Assembly (NCBI RefSeq): GCF_009914755.1
Contig: NC_060945.1
Direction: 5' to 3' (one strand)
Source of the DNA: the human T2T-CHM13v2.0 reference genome, Homo sapiens
Length of the DNA: 64,000 bases
Part shown: positions 13,501 to 29,000 of the stretch, one piece after another
Layout of the letters: every line of letters starts with the position of its first letter
Numbering within the stretch: position 1 is the first letter of the stretch
Program-made: the position numbers and the translations under genes
The notes under the pieces: model-generated
The model's database searches: none
The model's input: the letters and a program-made list of their open reading frames with translations, nothing else
What the model was told of the DNA's origin: nothing

Positions 13501-16500
13501 GTACCCAAGGTATATATTCTATACTGTACAAAAAATATCAAAGTACCCAAAGCATGTATTATATACTGTACATAAAATATGAAAGTACATCAAATATATA
13601 TTTTATTCTGTACAAAAAATATCAAAGTACACCAAATATATATTCTATAGTGTACATAAAATATCAAAGTACCCAAACTATACATTATATACTGTACATA
13701 AAATATGAAATGATATCAAATATATATTACATTAGGTACATAAAATATGAAAGTACATCAAATATAGATTATATACTGTACATAAAATATCAAAGTACCC
13801 AAATATATATTATATACTGTACAGGAAATATCAAAGTTCACAAACTATATATTATATACTGTACATAAAATATCAATGTACCCAAGTATATATTCTATAC
13901 TGTACAAAAAATATCAAAGTACCCAAAGCATGTATTCTATACTGTACATAAAATATGAAAGTACATCAAATATATATTTTATTCTGTACATAAAATATCA
14001 AAGTACACCAAATATATATTCTATACTGTACAAAAAATATCAAAGTATCCAAACTATACATTATATACTGTACATAAAATATGAAATTACATCAAATATA
14101 TATTATATTAGGTACATAAAATATTAAAGTACATCAAATATAGATTAAATAGTGTACATAAAATATCAAAGTACCCCAAATATATATTATATACTGTACA
14201 TGAAATATCAAAGTTCACAAACTATATATTATATACTGTACATAAAATATCAATGTACCCAAGTTATATATTCTATACTGTACAAAAAATATCAAACTAC
14301 CCAAAGCATGTATTATATACTGTACATAAAATATGAAAGTACATCAAATATATATTTTCTTCTGTACAAAAAATATCAAAGTACACCAAATATATATTCT
14401 ATAGCGTACATAAAATATCAATGTACCCAAACTATACATTATATACTGTACATAAAATATGAAATTACATCAAAAATATATTATATTAGGTACGTAAAAT
14501 ATGAAAGTACTTCAAAGATAGATTATATACCTTACATAAAATATCAAAGTACCCCAAATATATATTATATACTGTACATGAAATATCAAATTTCAGAAAC
14601 TATGTATTATATACTGTACATAAACTAAAAAAGTACCCAAGGTATATATTCTATACTTTACAAAAAATATCAAAGTACCCAAAGCATGTATTATATACTG
14701 TACATAAAATATGAAAGCACATCAAATATATATTTTATTCTGTAAATAAAATATCAACATACCCTTACTATACATTATATACTGTACATAAAATATGAAA
14801 TTACATCAAATATATATCATATTAGGTGCATAAAATATGAAAGTACATCAAATATAGATTATATACTGTACATAAAATATCAAAGTACCCCAAATATATA
14901 TTATATACTGTACATGAAATATCAAAGTTCACAAACTATATATTATATACTGTACATAAAATATCAAAATACCCAAGGTATATATTCTATACTGTACAAA
15001 AAATATCAAAGTACCCAAAGCATGTATTATATACTGTACATAAAATATGAAAGTACATCAAATATATATTTTATTCTGTACATAAAATATCAAAGTACAC
15101 CAAATATATATTCTATAGTGTACATAAAATATCAAAGTACCCAAACTATAGATTACATACTGTACATAGAATATGAAATTACATCAAAAATATATTAGGT
15201 ACATAAAATATGAAAGTACATCAAATATAGATTATATACTGTACATAAAATATCAAAGTACCCCAAATATATATTATATACTGTACATGAGATACCAAAG
15301 TTCACAAACTATATATTATATACTGTACATAAAATATCAATGTACCAAGGTATATATTCTATACTGTACAAAAAATATCAAAGTACCCAAAGCATGTGTT
15401 ATATACTGTACATAAAATATGAAAGTACATCAAATATATATTTTATTCTGTACATAAAATATCAAAGTACACCAAATATATATTCTATAGTGTACATAAA
15501 ATATCAAAGTACCCAAACTATACATTATATACTGTACATAAAATATGAAATTATATCAAAAATATATTAGGTACGTAAAATATGAAAGTACATCAAATAC
15601 AGATTATATACCTTACATAAAATATCAAAGTACCCCAAATATATATTATATACTGTACATGAAATATCAAAGTTCACAAACTATATATTATATACTGTAC
15701 ATAAAATAACAAAGTACCCAAGGTATATATTCTATACTGTAAAAAAATATCAAAGTACCCAAATCATGTATTATGTACTGTACATAAAATATGAAATTAC
15801 ATCAAATATATATTTTATTCTGCACATAAAATATCAAACTACAGCAAATATATATTCTATAGTGTACATAAAATATCAAAATACCCAAACTATACATTAT
15901 ATACTGTACAAAATATATGAAATTACATCAAATATATATTATATTAGGTACATAAAAGATCAAAGTACATCAAATATAGATTATATACTGTACATAAAAT
16001 ATCAAAGTACCCCAAATATATATTACATACTGTACATGAAATATCAAAGTTTACAAACTATATATTATATACTGTACATAAAATATCAATGTACCCAAGG
16101 TATATATTCTATACTGTACAAAAAATATCAAAGTACCCAAAGCATGTATTATATACTGTACATAAAATATGAAAGTACATCAAATATATATTTTATTCTG
16201 TACAAAAAATATCAAAGTACACCAAATATATATTCTATAGTGTACATAAAATATCAAAGTACCCAAACTATACATTATATACTGTACATAAAATATGAAA
16301 TGATATCAAATATATATTACATTAGGTACATAAAATATGAAAGTACATCAAATATAGATTATATACTGTACATAAAATATCAAAGTACCCAAATATATAT
16401 TATATACTGTACAGGAAATATCAAAGTTCACAAACTATATATTATATACTGTACATAAAATATCAATGTACCCAAGTATATATTCTATACTGTACAAAAA

Positions 16501-19500
16501 ATATCAAAGTACCCAAAGCATGTATTCTATACTGTACATAAAATATGAAAGTCCATCAAATATATATTTTATTCTGTACATAAAATATCAAAGTACACCA
16601 AATATATATTCTATACTGTACAAAAAATATCAAAGTATCCAAACTATACATTATATACTGTACATAAAATATGAAATTACATCAAATATATATTATATTA
16701 GGTACATAAAATATTAAAGTACATCAAATATAGATTAAATAGTGTACATAAAATATCAAAGTACCCCAAATATATATTATATACTGTACATGAAATATCA
16801 AAGTTCACAAACTATATATTATATACTGTACATAAAATATCAATGTACCCAAGTTATATATTCTATACTGTACAAAAAATATCAAACTACCCAAAGCATG
16901 TATTATATACTGTACATAAAATATGAAAGTACATCAAATATATATTTTCTTCTGTACAAAAAATATCAAAGTACACCAAATATATATTCTATAGCGTACA
17001 TAAAATATCAATGTACCCAAACTATACATTATATACTGTACATAAAATATGAAATTACATCAAAAATATATTATATTAGGTACGTAAAATATGAAAGTAC
17101 TTCAAAGATAGATTATATACCTTACATAAAATATCAAAGTACCCCAAATATATATTATATACTGTACATGAAATATCAAATTTCAGAAACTATGTATTAT
17201 ATACTGTACATAAACTAAAAAAGTACCCAAGGTATATATTCTATACTTTACAAAAAATATCAAAGTACCCAAAGCATGTATTATATACTGTACATAAAAT
17301 ATGAAAGCACATCAAATATATATTTTATTCTGTAAATAAAATATCAACATACCCTTACTATACATTATATACTGTACATAAAATATGAAATTACATCAAA
17401 TATATATCATATTAGGTGCATAAAATATGAAAGTACATCAAATATAGATTATATACTGTACATAAAATATCAAAGTACCCCAAATATATATTATATACTG
17501 TACATGAAATATCAAAGTTCACAAACTATATATTATATACTGTACATAAAATATCAATGTAACCAAGGTATATATTCTATAATGTACAAAAAATATCAAA
17601 GTACCCAAAGCATGTATTATATACTGTACATAAAATATGAAAGTGCATCAAATATATATTGTCTTCTGTACATAAAATATAAAAGTACACCAAATATATA
17701 TTCTATACTGTACATAAAATATCAAAGTACCCAAACTATACATTATATACTGTACATAAAATATGAAATTACATCAAAAATATATTAGGTATGTAAAATA
17801 TGAAAGTACATCAAAAATAGATTTTATACCTTACATAAAATATCAAAGTACCCCAAATATATATTATATACTGTACATGAAATACCAAATTTCAAAATCT
17901 ATATATTATATACTGTACATAAAATATCAAAGTACCCAAGGTATATGTTCTATAGTGTACAAAAAATATCAAAGTACCCAAAGCATGTATTATATACTGT
18001 ACATAAAATATGAAAGTACATCAAATATATATTTTATTCTGTACATAATATATCAAAGTACAACAAATATATATTCTATAGTGTACATAAAATATCAAAC
18101 TACCCAAACTATTCATTATATACTGTACATAAAAGATGAAATTACATCAAAAATATATTATATTAGGTACATAAAATATGAAAGTACATCAAATATAGAT
18201 TATATACTGCACGTAAAATATCAAAGTACCCCAAATATGTATTATATACTCTACATGAAATATCAAAGTTCACCAACTATATATTATATACTGTACATAA
18301 AATATCAATGTACCCAAGATATATATTCTATACTGTACAAAAAATATCAAAGTACCCAAAGCGTGTATTATATACTGTACATAAGATACGAAAGTACATC
18401 AAATATATATTTTATTCTGTACATAATATATCAAAGTACATGAAATATATATTCCATAGTGTACATAAAATATCAAAGTAGCCAAACTATACATTATATA
18501 CTGTACATAAAATATGAAATTACATCAAATATATATTATATTAGGTACATAAAATATGAAAGTACATCAAATATAGATTATATACTGTACATAAAATACC
18601 AAAGTACCCCAAATATATATTTTATACTGTACATGAAATATCAAAGTTCACAAACTATATATTTTATACTCTACATAAAATATCAAAGTACCCAAGGTAT
18701 ATATTCTATACTGTACAAAAAATATCAAAGTACCCAAAGCATGTATTATATACTGTACATAAAATATGAAAGTACATAAAATATATATTTTATACTGTAC
18801 ATAAAATATCAAAGTACACGAAATATATATTGTATACTGTACATAAAATATCAAAGTACCCAAACTATACATTATATACTGTACATAAAATATGAAATTA
18901 CATCAAACATATATTATATTAGGTACATAAAATATGAAAGTACATCAAATATAGATTATATACTGTACATAAAATACCAAAGTACCCCAAATATATTTTA
19001 TACTGTATATGAAATAACAAAGTTCACAAACTATATATTATATACTGTATAAAAAATATCAAAGTAAACAAGGTATATATTCTATACTGTAGAAAAAATA
19101 TCAAAGTACCGAAAGCATGTATTATATGCTGTACAAAAAATATGAAAGTACATCAAATATATATTTTATTCTGTACATAAAATATCAAAGTACACCAAAT
19201 ATATATTGTATACTGTACATAAAATATCAAATTATCCAAACTATACTTTATATACTGTACATAAAATATGGACTTACATCAAATATATATTATATTAGGT
19301 ACATAAAATATGAAAGTACATCAAATATAGATTATATACTCTACATAAAATATCAAAGTACCCAAATATATATTATATACTGTACATGAAATATCAAAGT
19401 TCACAAACTATATATTATATACTGTACATATAATATCAATGTACCCAAGTATATATTCTATACTGTACAAAAAATATCAAAGTACCCAAAGCATGTATTA

Positions 19501-22500
19501 TATACTGTACATAAAATATGAAAGTACATCAAATATATATTTTATTCTGTACATAAAATATCAAAGAACACCAAATATATATTCTATACTCTACATAAAA
19601 TATCAAAGTATCCAAACTATACATTATATACTGTACATAAAATATGAAATTACATCAAAAATATATTAGGTAGGTAAAATATGACAGTACATCAAATATA
19701 GATTATATACCTTACATAAAATATCAAAGTACCCCAAATGTATATTTTATACTGTACATGAAATATCAAAGTTCACAAAATATATATTATATACTGTACA
19801 TAAAATATCAAAGTACCCAAGTATATATACTATACTGTACAAAAAATATCAAAGTACCCAAACATTTATTACATTCTGTACATAAGATATGAAAATACAT
19901 CAAATATATATTTTATTCTGGACATAAAATATCAAAGTACACGAAATATATATTCTAGAGTTTACATACAATATCAAAGTACCCAAAATATACATTATAT
20001 ACTGTACATAAAATATGAAATTACATCATATATATATTATATTAGGTAGATAAAATATGAAAGTACATCAAATATAGATTATATACTGTACACAAAATAT
20101 CAAAGTACCCCAAATATATATTATATGCTTTATATGAAATATCAAAGTCCACAAACTATATATTATATACTGTACATAAAATATCAATGTACCCAAGTTA
20201 TATATTCTATACTGTACAAAAAATATCAAAGTACCCAAAGCATATATTATATACGGTACATAAAATATGAAAGTACATCAAATATATATTGTATTCTGTA
20301 CATAAAATATCAAAGTACACGAAATATATATTCTATAGTGTACATAAAATATCAAAGTACCCAAACTATACATTATATACAGTACATAAAAGATGAAATT
20401 ACATCAAAAATATATTATATTAGGTACATAAAATATGAAAGTACATCAAATATAGATTATATACTGTACATAAAATATCAAAGTACCCCAAATATATATT
20501 ATATACTCTACATGAAATATCAAAGTTCACAAACTATATATTATATACTGTACATAAAATATCAATGTACCCAAGGTATATATTCTATACGGTACAAAAA
20601 ATATCAAAGTACCCAAAGCATGTATTATATACTGTACATAAAATATGAAAGTACATCAAATATATATTTTATTCTGTACATAAAATATCAAAGTACACCA
20701 AATATATATTCTATAGTGTACATAAAATATCAAAGTACCCAAACTATACATTATATACTGTACATAAAATATGAAATTACATCAAATATATATTAGGTAT
20801 GTAAAATATGAAAGTACATCAAATATAGATTATATACCTTACATAAAATATCAAAGTACCCCAAATATATATTATATACTGTACATGAAATATCAAATTT
20901 CACAAACTATATATTATATACTGTACATAAAATATCAAAGTACACAAGTTATATATTCTATACTGTACGAAAAATATCAAAGTACACAAAGCATGTATTA
21001 TATACTGTACATAAAATATGAAAGTACATCAAATATATATTTTATTCTGTACATAAAATATCAAAGTACACCAAATATATATTCTATAGTGTACATAAAA
21101 TATCAAAGTACCCAAACTATACATTATATACTGTAGATAAAATATGAAATTACATCAAATATATATTATATTAGTTACGTAAAATAAGAAAGTACATCAA
21201 TTATAGATTATATACCATACATAAAATATCAAAGTACCCCAAATATATATTTTATACTGTACATGAAATATGAAAGTTCACAAACTATATATTATATACT
21301 GTACATAAAATACCAAAGTACCCAAGGTATATATTCTATACTGTACAAAATATATCAAAGTACCCAAAGCATGTATTATATAATGTACATAAAATATGAA
21401 AGTACATCAAATATATATTTTATTCTGTACAAAAAATATCAAAGTACACCAAATATATATTCTATAGTGTACATAAAATATCAAAGTACCCAAACTGTAC
21501 ATTATATACTGTACATAAAATATGAAATTACATCAAATATATATTATATTAGGTACATAAAATATGAAAGAACATCAAATATAGATTATATACTGTACAT
21601 AAAATACCAAAGTACCCGAAATATATATTATATACTGTACATGAAATATCAAAGTTCACAAACTATATATTATATACTGTACATAAAATATCATTGTACC
21701 AAGGTATATATTCTATACTGTACAAAAATATCAAAGTACCCAAAGCATATATTTTATACTGTACATAAAATATGAAAGTACATCATATATATATTTTTTT
21801 CTCTACATAAAATATCAAAGTACACCAAACATATATTCTATACTGTACATAAAATATCAAAGTACCCAAACTATACATTATATACTGTACATAAAAGATG
21901 AAATTACATCAAAAATATATTATATTAGGTACATTAAATATGAAAGTACATCAAATATAGATTATATACTGCACATAAAATATCAAAGTACCCCAAATAT
22001 ATATTATATACTCTACATGAAATATCAAAGTTAACCAACTATATATTATATACTGTACATAAAATATCAATGTACCCAAGGTATATATTCTATACTGTAC
22101 AAAAAATAACAAAGTACCCAAAACATGTATTATGTACTGTACATAAAATATGAAAGTACATCAAATATATATTTTATTCTGTACATAAAATATCAAAGTA
22201 CACCAAATATATATTCTATAGTGTACATAAAATATCAAAGTACCCAAACTATACATTATATACTGTACAAAAAATATGAAATTACATCAAATATATATTA
22301 TATTAGGTACATAAAAGATGAAAGTACATCAAATATAGATTATATACTGTACATAAAATATCAAAGTACCCCAAATATATATTATACACTGTACATGAAA
22401 TATCAAAGTTCACAAACTATATATTATATACTGTACATAAAATATCAATATACCCAAGGTATATATTCTATACTGTACCAAAAATATCAAAGTACCCAAA

Positions 22501-25500
22501 GCATGTATTATATACTGTACATAAAATATGAAAGTACATCAAATATATATTTTATTCTGTACAAAAAATATCAAAGTACACCAAATATATATTCTATAGT
22601 GTACATAAAATATCAAAGTACCCAAACTATACATTATATACTGTACATAAAATATGAAATGATATCAAATATATATTATATTAGGTACATAAAATATGAA
22701 AGTACATCAAATATAGATTATATACTGTACATAAAATATCAAAGTACCCAAATATATATTATATACTGTACAGGAAATATCAAAGTTCACAAACTATATA
22801 TTATATACTGTACATAAAATATCAATGTACCCAAGTATATATTCTATACTGTACAAAAAATATCAAAGTACCCAAAGCATGTATTCTATACTGTACATAA
22901 AATATGAAAGTACATCAAATATATATTTTATTCTGTACATAAAATATCAAAGTACACCAAATATATATTCTATACTGTACATAAAATATCAAAGTATCCA
23001 AACTATACATTATATACTGTACATAAAATATGAAATTACATCAAATATATATTATATTAGGTACATAAAATATGAAAGTACATCAAATATAGATTAAATA
23101 GTGTACATAAAATATCAAAGTACCCCAAATATATATTATATACTGTACATGAAATATCAAAGTTCACAAACTATATATTATATACTGTACATAAAATATC
23201 AATGTACCCAAGTTATATATTCTATACTGTACAAAAAATATCAAACTACCCAAAGCATGTATTATATACTGTACATAAAATATGAAAGTACATCAAATAT
23301 ATATTTTCTTCTGTACAAAAAATATCAAAGTACACCAAATATATATTCTATAGCGTACATAAAATATCAATGTACCCAAACTATACATTATATACTGTAC
23401 ATAAAATATGAAATTACCTCAAAAATATATTATAATAGGTACGTAAAATATGAAAGTACTTCAAAGATAGATTATATACCTTACATAAAATATCAAAGTA
23501 CCCCAAATATATATTATATACTGTACATGAAATATCAAATTTCACAAACTATGTATTATATACTGTACATAATCTAAAAAAGTACCCAAGGTATATATTC
23601 TATACTTTACAAAAAACATCAAAGTACCCAAAGCATGTATTATATACTGTACATAAAATATGAAAGCACATCAAATATATATTTTATTCTGTAAATAAAA
23701 TATCAACGTACCCTTACTATACATTAAATACTGTACATAAAATATGAAATTACATCAAATATATATCATATTAGGTGCATAAAATATGAAAGTACATCAA
23801 ATATAGATTATATACTGTACATAAAATATCAAAGTACCCCAAATATATATCATATACTGTACATGAAATATCAAAGTTCACAAACTATATATTATATACT
23901 GTACATAAAATATGAATGTAACCAAGGTATATATTCTATAATGTACAAAAAATATCAAAGTACCCAAAGCATGTATTATATACTGTACATAAAATATGAA
24001 AGTGCATCAAATATATATTGTCTTCTGTACATAAAATATAAAAGTACACCAAATATATATTCTATACTGTACATAAAATATCAAAGTACCCAAACTATAC
24101 ATTATATACTGTACATAAAATATGAAATTACATCAAAAATATATTAGGTATGTAAAATATGAAAGTACATCAAATATAGATTTTATACCTTACATAAAAT
24201 ATCAAAGTACCCCAAATATATATTATATACTGTACATGAAATACCAAATTTCAAAATCTATATATTATATACTGTACATAAAATATCAAAGTACCCAAGG
24301 TATATATTCTATAGTGTACAAAAAATATCAAAGTACCCAAAGCATGTATTATATACTGTACCAAAGCATGTATTATATACTGTACATAAAATATGAAAGT
24401 ACATCAAATATATATTTTATTCTGTACATAATATATCAAAGTACAACAAATATATATTCTATAGTGTACATAAAATATCAAACTACCCAAACTATTCATT
24501 ATATATTGTACATAAAAGATGAAATTACATCAAAAATATATTATATTAGGTACATAAAATATGAAAGTACATCAAATATAGATTATATACTGCACATAAA
24601 ATATCAAAGTACCGCAAATATGTATTATATACTCTACATGAAATATCAAAGTTCACCAACTATATATTATATACTGTACATAAAATATCAATGTACCCAA
24701 GGTATATATTCTATACTGTACAAAAAATATCAAAGTACCCAAAGCATGTATTATGTACTGTACATAAAATATGAAAGTACATCAAATATATATTTTATTC
24801 TGTACATAAAATATCAAAGTACACCAAATATATATTCTATAGTGTACATAAAATATCAAAGTACCCAAACTATAAATTATATACTGTATAAAAAATATGA
24901 AATTACATCAAATATATATTATATTAGGTACATAAAAGATGAAAGTACATCAAATATAGATTATATACTGTACATAAAATATCAAAGTACCCCAAATATA
25001 TATTATATACTGTACATGAAATATCAAATTTCACAAACTATATATTATATACTGTACATAAAATATCAAAGTACCCAAGGTATATATTCTATTCTGTACA
25101 AAAAATATCAAAGTACCCAAAGCATGTATTATATACTGTACATAAGATATGAAAGTACATCAAATATATATTTTATTCTGTACATAAAATATCAAAGTAC
25201 ACGAAATATATATTCTATAGTGTACATAAAATATCAAAGTACCCAAACTATACATTACATACTGTCCATAAAATATGAAATTACATCAATTATATATTAT
25301 ATTAGGTACATAAAATATGAAAGAACTTCAAATATAGATTATATACTGTACATAAAATATCAAAGTTAACCAAATATATATTTTATGCTGTACATGAAAT
25401 ATCAAAGTTCACAAACTATATATCATATACTGTACATAAAATATCAAAGTACCCAAGGTATATATTCTATACTGTACAAAAAATATCAAAGTACCCAAAT

Positions 25501-28500
25501 CATGTATTATGTACTGTACATAAAATATGAAAGTTCAGCAAATATATATTTTATTCTGTACATAAAATATAAAAGTACACGAAATATATATTCTACACTG
25601 TACAGAAAATATCAAATTACCCAAACTATACATTATATACTGTACATAAAATATGAAATTACATCAAATATATATTATATTAGGTACATAAAATATGAAA
25701 GTACATCAAATATAGATTATATACTGTACATAAAATATCAAAGTACCCCAAATATATATTATATACTGTACATGAAATATCAATGTACCCAAGGTATATA
25801 TTCTATACTGTACAAAAAATATCAAAGTACCCAAAGCATGTATTATATGCTGTACATAAAATATGAAAGTACATCAAATATATATTTTATTCTGTACAAA
25901 AAATACTAAAGTACCCCAAATATATATTATATACTGTACATGAAATATCAAAGTTCACAAACTATATATTATATACTGTACATAAAATATCAATGTACCC
26001 ATGGTACATATTCTATAGTGTACAAAAAATATCAAAGTACCCAAAGCAAGTATTTTATGCTGTACATAAAATATGAAATTACATCAAATATATATTTTAT
26101 TCTGTACATAAAATATCAAAGTACACCAAATATATAATCTACACTGTACATAAAATATCAAATTACCCAAACTATACATTATATACTGTACATAAAAGTT
26201 GAAATTACATCAAATATATATTATATTAGGTACATAAAATATGAAAGTACATCAAATATTTATTATATACTGTACATAAAATACCAAAGTACCCCAAATA
26301 TATATTTTATACTGTACATGAAATATCAAAGTACATAAACTATATATTATATACTGTACAAAAAATATCAAAGTACCCAAGGTATATCTTCTATACTGTA
26401 CAAAAAATATCAAAGTACCCATAGCATGTATTATATACTGTACATAAAATATGAAAGTACATCAAATATATATTTCATTCTGTACATAAAATATCAAAGT
26501 ACACCAAATATATATTCTATAGTGTACATAAAGTATCAAAGTACCCAAACTATACATTATATACTGTACATAAAAGATGAAATTACATCAAATATATATT
26601 ATATTAGGTACATAAAATATGAAAGTACGTCAAATATAGATTATATACTGTACATAAAATACCAAAGTACCCCAAATATATATTTTATACTGTACATGAA
26701 ATATCAAAGTTCACAAACTATATATTATATACTGTACATAAAATATCAATGTACCCAAGTATATATTCTATACTGTACAAAAAATATCAAAGTACCCAAA
26801 GCATGTATTACATGCTCTACATAAAATATGAAATTACATCAAATATATATTTTATTCTGTACAAAAACTATCAAAGTACACCAAATATATATTCTATAGT
26901 GTACATAAAATATCAAAGTACCCAAACTATACATTATATACTGTACATAAAATATGAAATTACATCAAATATATATTATATTAGTTACATAAAATATGAA
27001 AGTACATCAAATATAGATTATATACTGTACATAAAATACCAAAGTACCCCAAATATATATTTTACACTGTTCATGAAATATCAAAGTACACAAAATATAT
27101 ATTATATACTGCTCATAAAATATCAAAGTACCCAAGGTATATATTCTATACTGTACAAAAAATATCAAAGTACCCAAAGCATGTATTATATACTGTACAT
27201 AAAATATGAAAGTACATCAAATATATATTTTATACTGTACATGGAATATCAAAGTTCACAAACTATATATTATATACTGTACATAAAATATCAAAGTACT
27301 CAACGTATATATTCTATACTGTACAAAAAATATCAAAGTACCCAAAGCATGTATTATATACTGTACATAAAATACGAAAGTACATGAAATATATATTTTA
27401 TTCTGTACAAAAAATATCAAAGTACACCAAATATATATTCTATACTGTACATAAAATATCAAAGTACCCAAACTATACATTATATACTGTACAAAAAATA
27501 TGAAATTACATCAAATATATATTATATTAGGTACATAAAATATGAAAGTACATCAAATATAGATTATATACTGTACATAAAATATCAAAGTACCCCAAAT
27601 ATATATTATATACTGTACATGAAATATCAAAGTTCACAAACTATATATTATATACTGTACATAAAATCTGAATGTACCCATGGTATATATTCTATACTGT
27701 ATAAAAAATATCAAATTACCCAAACCTTGTATTACATACTGTACATCAAATATGAACGTACATAAAATGTATATTTTATTCTGTACAAAAAATATCAAAG
27801 CACACCAAATATATATTCTATAGTGTACATAAAATATCAAAGTACCCAAACTATACATTATATACTGTACATAAAATATGAAATTACATCAAATATATAT
27901 TATATTAGGTAGATAAATTATGAAAGAACATCAAATATAGATTATAGACTCTACATAAAATACCAAAGTACCACAAATATATATTTTATACTGTACATGA
28001 AATATCAAATTTCACAAATTATATATTATATACTGCACATAAAATATCAAAGTACCCTAGGTATATATTCTATACTGTACAAAAAATATCAAAGAACACA
28101 AAGCATGTATTATATACTGTACATGAAATATGAAAGTACATCAAATATATATTTTATTCTGTACATAAAATATCAAAGTACACCAAATATATATTCTATA
28201 GTGTACATAAAATATTCAAGTACCCAAACTATACATTATATACTGTACATAAAATATGAAATTACATCAAATATATATTATATTAGGTACATAAAATATG
28301 AAAGTACATCAAATATAGATTATATACTGTACATAAAATACCAAAGTACCCCAAATATATATTTTATAGTGTACATGAAATATCAAAGTTCACAAACTAT
28401 ATATTATATACTGCAAATAAAATATCAAAGTACCCAAGTTATATATTCTATACTGTACAAAAAATATCAAAGTACCCAAAGCATGTATTATATACTGTAC

Positions 28501-29000
28501 ATAAAATATGAAAGTACATCAAATATATATTTTATACTGTACATAAAATATCAAAGTACACCAAAAATATATTCTATAGTGTACATAAAATATCAAAGTA
28601 CCCAAACTATACATTATATACTGTACATAAAATATGAAATTACATCAAATATATATTATATTAGGTACATAACATATGAAAGTACATCAAATATAGATTA
28701 TATACTGTACTTAAAATACCAAAGTACCTCAAATATATATTTTACACTGTACATGAAATATCAAAGTTCACAAACTATATATTATATACTGTACATAAAA
28801 TATCAAAGTACCCAAGGTATATATTCTATACTGCAGAAAAAATATCAAAGTACCCAAAGCATGTATTATATACTGTACATAAAATATGAAAGTACATCAA
28901 ATATATATTTTGTCCTGTATATAAAGTATCAAAGTACACCAAATATATATTCTATAGTTTACATATAATATCAAAGTATCCAAACTATACATTATATACT
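7560..29000 (+). repeat. HSat1A variant layer 2 (monomer 5 = CCAAATATATATTCTATA)
   Basis: CCAGAT is replaced by CCAAAT or CGAAAT from ~7620 to ~28940 (PNIYS/RNIYS). CAATGTACCCAAG, ATACCTTACA and CAAAAATATA variants are frequent. Confidence 0.8.
12302..17557 (+). repeat. Near-perfect tandem duplication, 2590-bp period
   Basis: ORF pairs 12324/14914, 12583/15173, 12750/15340, 13176/15766, 13876/16466 and 14152/16742 are all offset by 2590. Shared rare variants include TAAACTAAAAAAG, CAACATACCCTTAC and TTAGGTGCA. Confidence 0.92.

Noticed and set aside
928-27858. Minus-strand ORFs as a sign of an inversion
   Set aside because: The + strand keeps the same monomer orientation at those positions. 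The ORFs arise from point changes that remove stop codons.
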